A DNA stretch of 64,000 nucleotides from the NCBI GenBank assembly GCA_965117045.1, contig OZ220749.1, forward strand, positions 1,288,143 to 1,352,142. Direction: 5' to 3'. The DNA comes from a bacterium. Lineage in GTDB: Bacteria; JAAXHH01. Shown here piece by piece: positions 52,838 through 60,916 of this stretch; the first letter of the stretch is position 1, and each line of letters opens with the position of its first letter. A model generated the notes under the pieces. That model did not search any database. It was given only the letters and a program-made list of their open reading frames with translations, and was not told where the DNA came from. A program made the translations under genes and the position numbers.

Positions 52838-54061
52838 ATGGCCGATGCCGCCATAATACAACTTCCCGATCACCCCGACCTGGAATACCTGAAAGCAGAA
52901 GCGGAAAGCCTCGTCGAGGACGGCTCCTGCGCTTCGCTGCCCGATGCGCGGCAGCGAGTAGCCGCACGGTACGGGTTTCCTGATTGGCCAAAACTGGTGG
53001 CCTACGTCGGGTCGATCGGCGTCATGGGGGAGCTCGAACGGGCGATCCAGGCGGACGAAACAGATGGGGTGAGGCGGTTGCTGCGGGACGATCCCGGCCT
53101 GATACACCGGGAAGGGCACTGGATCAAGCGGCGCCGGCACAACGGTTACCGGCCCTTGGCCTACGCTGCCTTTTTCGGTAAAACCGGGGTCATGAAGACC
53201 CTGATCGATGCCGGAGCGGAGGTACACGAAGGAGAAGAAAAGGCCTTGCGGGCGGCCGCCTGCTTCGATCGGAATCTCCCCGCCGTCGACTTGCTGCTTG
53301 ACCGCGGCGCGGACCCCGATGTGTCGACGACCTCGCCCTCCGGTGTTCCGTACCGGGTGATCGACTATCCCTGCATGACGTTGGCTCCGGTGATGCTGGA
53401 CCGCCTGGCTTCGGCGGGCGGTACGCTCCTGCCGGAAAACGCCGGGATGATCCTGGCGACGAATGAACGGCGACCCCGGGACAAGGCTGCTTGTCTGCGC
53501 GTCCTGAAGCAGAAGGGGATCACGTTGCCGGACACACCGCCCATGGCGTTGCATCTTATGGACAGGGACCGCCTCGCGCGGAACCTGGAAGGCAATCCTC
53601 AGTTGCTCGGGAGGTCGTTCAGCGCGGAGGAAATCTTTCCATCGGACTACGGGATCAGGCATCCCGCGCCGTACGCCTGCGCGACCCCCCTGACCGGCGG
53701 CGTAACGCTGTTGCACATGGCGGTCGAGTTCTGCGACGTGGAAATGGCCGGGTGGCTGCTTGAACAAGGCGCCGACGTGAATGCACCTGCCGGCACCGAC
53801 CACGAGGGGTACGGGGGCTGGACGCCGCTATTCCATGCCATGGCTTCTCTGCATGTGCCCCGCAACTTCACGGACATGGCCGACCTGCTCCTCGAACACG
53901 GCGCCGACCCGGCGGTACGCGCATCCCTTCGCAAACCGACGCCGGAGGGCGGGGAATACACGTGGAGGGATGTGACGGCGGCCGAATACGCCCGGAGATT
54001 CGCCTATCCCGACCTCGTCAACCAGGACGCGCTGCAACGCGTCACTGCGGCGGGCGGCTGA
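52838..54061 (+). CDS. Ankyrin-repeat protein with an N-terminal helical 'ARxYGFxxW' domain
   Basis: LPDHPDLEYLKAEA..ARQRVAARYGFPDWPKL, then ankyrin repeats. Confidence 0.9.
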   Translation: MADAAIIQLPDHPDLEYLKAEAESLVEDGSCASLPDARQRVAARYGFPDWPKLVAYVGSIGVMGELERAIQADETDGVRRLLRDDPGLIHREGHWIKRRRHNGYRPLAYAAFFGKTGVMKTLIDAGAEVHEGEEKALRAAACFDRNLPAVDLLLDRGADPDVSTTSPSGVPYRVIDYPCMTLAPVMLDRLASAGGTLLPENAGMILATNERRPRDKAACLRVLKQKGITLPDTPPMALHLMDRDRLARNLEGNPQLLGRSFSAEEIFPSDYGIRHPAPYACATPLTGGVTLLHMAVEFCDVEMAGWLLEQGADVNAPAGTDHEGYGGWTPLFHAMASLHVPRNFTDMADLLLEHGADPAVRASLRKPTPEGGEYTWRDVTAAEYARRFAYPDLVNQDALQRVTAAGG

Positions 54062-54111
54062 ACCGAACGCCCGGGCCGAGGGCGGCTGAACCGAACCCGA
54101 GAACATCCAGG

Positions 54112-55941
54112 ATGCCGCACAGTATGACGCATTTGGATCCACTCCCTACCAGTCCTTGGCCGTACCCGGTCGCCCTGAACGATATCGCAGGTGAAGCCCG
54201 CGAGCTGTTCGAGGCACACCGGGCCGGTGCTAAAACGATGCCGGGCAAGGCGGCACCGGACCATCCCGCACCGGATCCGTCCACCTTCACCCTGCAAGGC
54301 GCCCGCGACGTCGTGGCCCGAAGCTACGGATTCCCGGACTGGAGCCGCGTCGAACGATACTTCCGCACGGTAGAAGACCACACACGCAATCCTAACGTGG
54401 AACCCACGCCTTCGAAGCCGTGTGACTGCGCCGGATACGCCGACGATTTCCTTCGTCTCGCCTGTCTGACGCAGGGTGCCCAGGATCACCCGTCGAGGTG
54501 GGCAAGGGCCCGGAGCATGCTGGATGCCCATCCGGAACTTTCCCGGATGAGTATTTACACCGCCGCCGCGGCCGGTGATGTTTCCGCCGTGTCCGCATTT
54601 CTGAAAGCAAACCCCGAACGCGCGAAGACTCCGGGCGGTCCCCATGACTGGGAACCGCTGCTTTACGCGGCGTTTTCCCGTCTGGACCCCGGGACATCGG
54701 ATTCGGCGGCCATCGAAGTAGTCCGGCAGCTGCTTGCCCATGACGCCAACCCGAACGCCGGTTATCTCTGGGCCGGCTTCCCGTGCCCTTACACCGTCCT
54801 GACCGGTGTTTTCGGCGAGGGGGAAAACGGTCCGGTACGCAGCCCCCCGCATCCAGCCTGCTACGACCTGGCGGAGATCCTGATCGAGGCCGGCGCCGAC
54901 CCGAACGACGCGCAGACACTCTACAACCGGATGTTCAGCCGTGACGACGAACACCTGAGGTTCCTGTTCGCCCGCGGGCTGGGCAAGGATGGGAACCGGC
55001 CCTGGCACGGGTTGCTGGGCGAGCAAGCACGGGGTTGGTTGAGCAGTCCGGCTGACATGCTGGCCTATCAGCTTCAGTGGGCCGCCCGGTGGAACTATCC
55101 GGAACGGGTCCGCCTGCTGGCCGAGAACGGGGCAGACGTAAACCGGCCGTCCAACCGGCCTGATGCGCGCTCCCCTTACGGCGAAGCCGTCTATCACGGG
55201 AATGGGGACATCGCCGAGTACCTGGCTGCCCGTGGCGCGAGTACATTCCCGCTGGACGACCTGGACCGGTTCGCGTGCATCCTTGGAGACCGCGACCGTG
55301 CCCGCTCGCTGCTCACCCGCGACTCATTACTGATTGAAAAACTAGGAGAACGCGGCAACGTGCTCATGGAGAACGCCGTCGGATCGGACAACCGGGACGC
55401 GGTCCGGTTGATGGCCGAACTGGGTTTCGACGTGAACGCCTGCGGCATGCACGAAGCGGCCCGCTACGGCCACCTGGACATGATCAAGCTGCTGGTCGAA
55501 CTGGGTGCCGATCCGTCTCGACTGGACGCAGGACACGGAATCGACGCGCTCGGTCATGCCAGCCACTACCAGCAGGACCACGTGATCGACTATCTGGCAC
55601 CGTTTGCCGGGATACACCGGGCGGTAAAATCGGATCTGCTGGTCCGCGTGCGGGATCTGCTGGAAAACGACCCCGCCTGCGTCCGCGAACGGGACAACGC
55701 GGGGAACACGCCGCTGCACTGTCTCGACGTGGATAACCGGATGGAGGATACTGAGGAGATACTCCGGCTGCTCGTAACGCACGGAGCCGACGTCAATGCC
55801 AGAAACCATGAGGGCCTGACACCGCTCGACAGGCTGGAGCGTCTTGCCGGTTTGAGCCGAAGGGACGATCTGGCCGAACAGCTGCGCGGGTATGGGGCCG
55901 TGGAATCAGACGTCTCAGACGGGTCGAAGGGCCGCCCCTGA
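54112..55941 (+). CDS. Ankyrin-repeat protein with an N-terminal 'ARxYGFxxW' domain
   Basis: ARDVVARSYGFPDWSRV, GGPHDWEPLLYA, GADPND, NTPLH. Confidence 0.9.
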   Translation: MPHSMTHLDPLPTSPWPYPVALNDIAGEARELFEAHRAGAKTMPGKAAPDHPAPDPSTFTLQGARDVVARSYGFPDWSRVERYFRTVEDHTRNPNVEPTPSKPCDCAGYADDFLRLACLTQGAQDHPSRWARARSMLDAHPELSRMSIYTAAAAGDVSAVSAFLKANPERAKTPGGPHDWEPLLYAAFSRLDPGTSDSAAIEVVRQLLAHDANPNAGYLWAGFPCPYTVLTGVFGEGENGPVRSPPHPACYDLAEILIEAGADPNDAQTLYNRMFSRDDEHLRFLFARGLGKDGNRPWHGLLGEQARGWLSSPADMLAYQLQWAARWNYPERVRLLAENGADVNRPSNRPDARSPYGEAVYHGNGDIAEYLAARGASTFPLDDLDRFACILGDRDRARSLLTRDSLLIEKLGERGNVLMENAVGSDNRDAVRLMAELGFDVNACGMHEAARYGHLDMIKLLVELGADPSRLDAGHGIDALGHASHYQQDHVIDYLAPFAGIHRAVKSDLLVRVRDLLENDPACVRERDNAGNTPLHCLDVDNRMEDTEEILRLLVTHGADVNARNHEGLTPLDRLERLAGLSRRDDLAEQLRGYGAVESDVSDGSKGRP

Positions 55942-56007
55942 GTCCTGAATCGGCACGCCCGGTGTCCTGAATCGGTCCACCCCGTGTTCTGAATCGGCAC
56001 GCCCCGT
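55941..56007. repeat. ~22-nt imperfect tandem repeat x3 after the stop codon
   Basis: gtcctgaatcggcacgcccg / gtgtcctgaatcggtccacccc / gtgttctgaatcggcacgcccc. Confidence 0.8.
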
Positions 56008-56058
56008 GGGGGATTGATCGACGCGCTGTCTTCGTGCATCCTCAACCGTTTCTTGGAA

Positions 56059-56385
56059 TCACTTTCCCCATTTGGAAACAATCAGGCCCGCCAGCAACCC
56101 GACGACGATCCCCGGGGGCACGATCTCGACGTAGGATCCCGTGGAAACCGCCGCGAGCAGGGAAAGGACCGCTCCCACCGCGCCGCCGGCCAGCACGTTC
56201 TTGCCGACCCCCGCGATTCTGCTCGCGATCACGCCGACCAGCAGACCCGTTACCAGGCCCTTCGCCGTTCCCCACACGATGATCTCGGTCATCATGCCCT
56301 GGGCCTCGGGAATCAGGAATGCGGACAGCCCATCCAGCAAGCCGAGCACCGCACCGGCGATCAATCCCAGTGGTACGCGCTTCAT
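56059..56385 (-). CDS. Small hydrophobic membrane protein
   Basis: 108 aa, four Gly-rich TMs, ATGA overlap with the upstream gene. Confidence 0.75.
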   Translation of the reverse strand: MKRVPLGLIAGAVLGLLDGLSAFLIPEAQGMMTEIIVWGTAKGLVTGLLVGVIASRIAGVGKNVLAGGAVGAVLSLLAAVSTGSYVEIVPPGIVVGLLAGLIVSKWGK

Positions 56386-56807
56386 GATGGCTGCTCCGGT
56401 GTGTTCAGGTGACAGTTGAACATCCAGTTTGTGCCGAATTTGTCCGTGATCGTTCCGAAACGTGCGCCCCAGAAGGTATCCTGCAGCGGCATGGTCACCT
56501 CGCCGCCGGCGGACATGGCGTTGAACGCCTGTTCCAGTTCATCCACGCTCGCGAAGTCGATCGACAACGAGATGTTGGTGTCCGAAGGGACCGTTTCAAT
56601 ATGGTCGGAACCCATGATCACGTTATCGCCGAACCGGATGGACATGTGCATGGCCTGTCCCTCCATGTGGTCCGGGATTTCCATGCCGATGTCCTGGTCT
56701 TTGCTGTAGTGACTCAAGTTCACCACTGAACCGCCGAGACAGTCCCGGTAAAACTCGAGTGCCTCTTCGCATTGGCCGTTGAATGCCAGATAGGGTACCA
56801 GCTTCAC
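56382..56807 (-). CDS. PhnB-like VOC protein
   Basis: VKLVPYLAFNGQCEEALEFY..MPLQDTFWGARFG..DKFG.NW; AAGGAG SD before GTG. Confidence 0.92.
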   Translation of the reverse strand: MKLVPYLAFNGQCEEALEFYRDCLGGSVVNLSHYSKDQDIGMEIPDHMEGQAMHMSIRFGDNVIMGSDHIETVPSDTNISLSIDFASVDELEQAFNAMSAGGEVTMPLQDTFWGARFGTITDKFGTNWMFNCHLNTPEQPS

Positions 56808-56956
56808 GATAGGTCTCCTTACGGTAAGCCACCGCAGCGGGTGACGGGTTCGCCGGGCCACCCACTGTACGGATGGCGGATTCACCGACGTTGTATAACT
56901 GTCGTTATAAAGATACAACAGGCGACGGGTTGAAATGGTAAAAAAGCGACAAAGGG

Positions 56957-57180
56957 CTAAAGTTCCGCGAATTCCACGTTGTTTTTTGCGAAGTACGCCT
57001 TCGGGGTAAACCCGGTAAAGGCACAGAATTCCCGGATGAAATGGGCCTGGTCGAAATACCCGCATTCGTGGGCCAGTCGGGTCAGCTTACTGTCCCGGTA
57101 CCCGTCCAGGTGATGGCAGATATTCCGGAACCGGCTGATACGGGAGAAGGTCTTCGGCGTCAAGCCGGACGCTTTCTCTT
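56957..57180 (-). pseudogene. AraC-family regulator remnant (C-terminal HTH only)
   Basis: GLTPKTFSRISRF..LAHECGYFDQAHFIREF..FTGFTP; upstream sequence does not look AraC-like. Confidence 0.78.
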
Positions 57181-57207
57181 GACGCACCCGCGAAGCGCCT
57201 GTACCAT
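57179..57207 (+). promoter_or_regulatory. Sigma70-type promoter for the leader RNA and ankyrin gene
   Basis: TTGACG-17 nt-TACCAT. Confidence 0.7.
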
Positions 57208-57213
57208 AACATG

Positions 57214-57357
57214 ACCGGCGTGTGCAGGGCGCCGCCTGTCCGCGGAAAGAACACAAGTTCACCTGCATCGGTACCCTTCTGTTGTGGCAGCCTTCTTCCT
57301 GCCCGTCCGGCGGACATACGGGTGCTCTGGCGGTCTCGTAATCGCCTGAAGGAGGTT
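57214..57357 (+). ncRNA. Putative structured cis-regulatory 5' leader RNA with two multi-stem junctions, the second pairing with the SD
   Basis: Hand-identified helices GUGCAGG/CCUGCAU, CCGC/GCGG, GAAC/GUUC; AGCCUUCUUC/GAAGGAGGUU, GCCCGU/ACGGGU, GGCGGU/AUCGCC. Confidence 0.55.
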
Positions 57358-57359
57358 CC

Positions 57360-58880
57360 ATGCCGTCCCTGCCATCCCCTACCGACTTACGCCATCTCAG
57401 GTTGCAGGCGAAAACGCTGCTGAAGTCCGCGCGCAGCGGCGAAGCAGACGCCGTCGACAGAATCCGGTCGGCCGCCGGCGCGCGGCGTGACCGCCTCGTG
57501 CTGTCGGACGCTTATCACGCCATCGCCCGGGAACATGGGTTCAAATCCTGGCCCCACCTGAAGATCCACCTCGAAATCGCCGCCAGGGACCAGGACGAGA
57601 AACGGGCAATGTTCCTGTCATCGGCCTGGGTTTGGGGCGATCGGAAACGCGCCGAGGCCGTGCTCGAATCGGCGCCGGAACTCACCCGGGGGGATATCCA
57701 CGCCGCCTGCGCCGCCGGGGACGTAGATGCCGTCACGAACATCCTAGCGGCCGATCCCGCCGCGGCCGTGACGAAGGGCGGCCCGAAGAACTGGACCCCG
57801 ATCCTCCACGCAACGTGGTCCTGTTTTCTTTCCAAGCGTGCCGACGCCATGGTCCGTATCCTGGAACTGCTCCTGCGGAACGGCGCCGACCCGGACAGCT
57901 ACTGGGTGAACGATGACGACTGGAAGGAGTCGGCCATCTACGGATGCGTGGAGAACAACTGCGTGCCGGCGGCCCGGGTGCTGGTGGACGCGGGCGCCAA
58001 CCCCAACGACAACGAATCCCTGTACCACGCCTGCGAGAAGTTCAACCTGGAACTGCTGGATACGGTCGCGGTGAACGGGCTGGACGCGGAAGCCGTTTCC
58101 TACTGCATCAAGCATGTCATGGACATGAACTGGACCGAGGGCATCCGGTGGTTTCTCGACCAGGGCGCCGATCCCAACGCCCTCCACCCCGCCGACGGGG
58201 AGACGTCCCTGCATTGGGCCGTAAAGCGAAACAACTCGGCCATAGTGATCGGCGCGCTCCTGGAGGCCGGTGCGGACCCCAACGCCGCCACCTCGACCGG
58301 GAAGAGCACGGCGCTCGGGATCGTCGGCCGTACGCCCCTGGATTTCGCCCTGCGGCTGGGCCGCGGAGAGATCGCTGCGCTCCTCAGGAAGCATGGCGCC
58401 GTGCCGTCCCCCATGTCCGAATACGACCGCTTCGTAGTCGCGTGCGCCAATACGGACCTCGAAGTCGTGGAACAGTTGAAAGACCGTCATCTGGCCGACT
58501 TGACGGACGACGACCGGTCCCTGATCAGCCACGTGGCCCAGGTAGACAACTGGGCCGCGGTCCGTCTCATGGCGGACCTGGGCTGGCCCGTGGACGCCCG
58601 GGGCTGGATGGAGGCCACGCCCCTCTACTGGGCCCTGTGCAAGGCAAATCCCGAAATGGTCGAATTCCTCCTCCGGCGGGGTGTCTCCACCGAGCCCATA
58701 GGCGGGTATTTCCAGGACCCGATCCACGCCGTGATGCACTGCCAGTGGAACGGGGAAAAAGGCGGATACCCCGTCGCGCTCGGCTTGCTGCTCGACCACG
58801 GTCTCGCCATACCGGAAGGACGCTATCCCAGCGGCAACGCCGCCATGGACGCGGTGCTGTCGCGGTACATCGAAGACTGA
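57360..58880 (+). CDS. Ankyrin-repeat protein with an N-terminal 'ARxYGFxxW'-type domain
   Basis: LRHLRLQAKTLLK..AYHAIAREHGFKSWPHL, GGPKNWTPILHA, ETSLHWAV. Confidence 0.92.
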   Translation: MPSLPSPTDLRHLRLQAKTLLKSARSGEADAVDRIRSAAGARRDRLVLSDAYHAIAREHGFKSWPHLKIHLEIAARDQDEKRAMFLSSAWVWGDRKRAEAVLESAPELTRGDIHAACAAGDVDAVTNILAADPAAAVTKGGPKNWTPILHATWSCFLSKRADAMVRILELLLRNGADPDSYWVNDDDWKESAIYGCVENNCVPAARVLVDAGANPNDNESLYHACEKFNLELLDTVAVNGLDAEAVSYCIKHVMDMNWTEGIRWFLDQGADPNALHPADGETSLHWAVKRNNSAIVIGALLEAGADPNAATSTGKSTALGIVGRTPLDFALRLGRGEIAALLRKHGAVPSPMSEYDRFVVACANTDLEVVEQLKDRHLADLTDDDRSLISHVAQVDNWAAVRLMADLGWPVDARGWMEATPLYWALCKANPEMVEFLLRRGVSTEPIGGYFQDPIHAVMHCQWNGEKGGYPVALGLLLDHGLAIPEGRYPSGNAAMDAVLSRYIED

Positions 58881-59027
58881 AGCGGTATTCGCTTCGGCAC
58901 TGGGAATACGGCCACGGTCAACTTGACAAATGAAGGACGGACCGGTATATAGCCTGTGTTGAAACGCACGCTGTACAATCAGGCCATATGATCAGCGAAT
59001 ACCACGCACGTTACGAGGAGGCCCGGC

Positions 59028-59303
59028 ATGGCCCGCATGGTCCACTGCGCCAAGCTCAAAGAGGAACTCGAAGGTCTCGAATTCGTCCCCTTCCCCAACG
59101 AACTCGGCCAGCGCATCTACGATAACATATCCAAACAGGCCTGGGAGATGTGGATCAACTATTCGGTCATGGTGATCAACGAATACCGCCTGAATCTCGC
59201 CACGACCGAGGGCCAGGAAGTCTATGACCGGCACCTGGAAGAGTTCTTCTTTGGCGAAGGCGCCGAAATGCCGCCGGGATACCGTCCCCCTCAGACGAAA
59301 TAA
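59028..59303 (+). CDS. yggX: Fe(II)-trafficking/oxidative damage protection protein
   Basis: MARMVHCAKL.EELEGL..P..ELGQRIYDNISKQAW..W...INEYRLNL. Confidence 0.93.
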   Translation: MARMVHCAKLKEELEGLEFVPFPNELGQRIYDNISKQAWEMWINYSVMVINEYRLNLATTEGQEVYDRHLEEFFFGEGAEMPPGYRPPQTK

Positions 59304-59365
59304 CCCGGCCGCCGCCGTTACCACCGCCGTCGCCACCACCGAAGTCGCCGCCCCGTGGTTTCATC

Positions 59366-60895
59366 ATGAAGCGTGACGATGATATCCTGCTCATCTCCTG
59401 CTATGAACTGGGCCATCAGCCCTTCAGCCTGGCTTCTCCCGCCGCCCGCCTGAAGTCCGAAGGATACAAAGTCTCTGTCGTCGACGCCGCGATCGAACCG
59501 GTCCCAGAGGATATCGTCCGCCGGGCCGGTTTCATCGGGATCTCGGTGCCCATGCACACGGCCATGCGGGTGGGGATGGACCTGTCGCGCCGCATCCGGA
59601 ACCTCAACCCCGGCGCGCATCTGTGCTTCTACGGACTCTACGCCGCCCTGAACGCCGAGTATCTCCTGTCCCACGGGGCCGACTCGGTGATCGGCGGCGA
59701 GTTCGAACAGCCGCTCTGCGACCTGGTCGGCAGGTTGTGCGCGGTCGAAAGTCCCGCACCGGCCAGTAATTCCGAATCGGCCGGCGACGCGGCTGTCGGC
59801 GGGGAAGCTGCATCGGCCGGCGGGGGCGCCGAGTCGGCCGGCGGTGCGGCTGTCGGCGCATCGGCCGGCAGTGTGCCCGCCGCCCCATATCTCTCCCGCC
59901 AGGCCTGGTTGGTCCCGGACCGCGATACGCTGCCCGGACTGAAACGGTACGCCCAGCTGGACAACGGCACCGAATTGCTTCCGGCCGGCTACACCGAGAC
60001 TACGCGCGGCTGCCTGCATACCTGCCTGCACTGTCCGATCACGCCGGTATACAACGGCCGGTTCTTCGCCGTGCCCGCCGACGTGGTGCTCGCCGACGTG
60101 GACCAGCAGGTGCGCATGGGAGCCCGGCACATCACCTTCGGGGACCCGGACTTCCTGAACGGTCCCACCCACGTCCTGCGTATCTTGCGCAGGATGCGCG
60201 ACGCCCACCCCGACCTCTCCTTCGATTTTACCACCAAGATCGAACACATCCTCCGGCACCCGTCCTTTTTTCCGGAAGCCCGAGACCTTGGCGGCGTATT
60301 CGTCGTATCGGCCGTGGAATCGGTCAGCGACCTGGTGCTGGAGCGCCTCAGAAAAGGACACACCCGCGACGACGTCGTCCGGGCCCTCGCCGTCGTGCGC
60401 GACGCGGACCTGCCCATGCGGCCCTCGCTGGTGGCCTTCACGCCATGGACGACCCTGGACGACTACCTGTATCTGCTGGATTTCGTCGAAGTCCACGACC
60501 TGGTCGACCACATCGACCCGGTGCAGTACACGATCCGCCTGCTCGTACCGCCGGGGTCGGCCCTGCTGGCTGAACCGGATACCCGGTCATGGATCGGCGA
60601 ACTGGATGAAGCCGGGTTCACCTTCACGTGGCGCCATGCCGATGCACGCATGGACCGCCTGCATCAGCGGGTTTCCTGTCTCGTGGAGGAAGCCGACGCG
60701 TCGGGAGAGGAAAGGGACAACCGGCGGGTGTTCCACCGGATCCGGTGCCTGGTGGCGGACATGGCAGGCGTCGAGGCGCCTTCGGAGCAGCCTTTTCATG
60801 ACATCCCGCTCAAACGGCGGCGCGTCCCCAGGCTGACCGAGGCCTGGTTCTGCTGAGCGGAGCCCACCGCGAGCCGGAAAGGCTCGTTCATCTAA
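59366..60895 (+). CDS. B12-binding radical SAM protein of the CUAEP/CCAEP-tail type; selenoprotein (UGA at 60854-60856 read as Sec)
   Basis: ISCYELGHQP, SVPMHTA, RGCLHTCLHC; tail RLTEAWFC-TGA-AEPTASRKGSFI-TAA. Confidence 0.9.
60870..60886 (+). promoter_or_regulatory. Putative bacterial SECIS hairpin
   Basis: CGAGCC-GGAAA-GGCTCG, 13 nt after the UGA. Confidence 0.7.
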
Positions 60896-60916
60896 TCCAA
60901 AATTCGTACTGCTTGT

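Noticed and set aside
3431-56007. Short repeats as CRISPR arrays or REP elements
   Set aside because: Units are directly tandem without unique spacers, unrelated to each other, and no cas genes are present.
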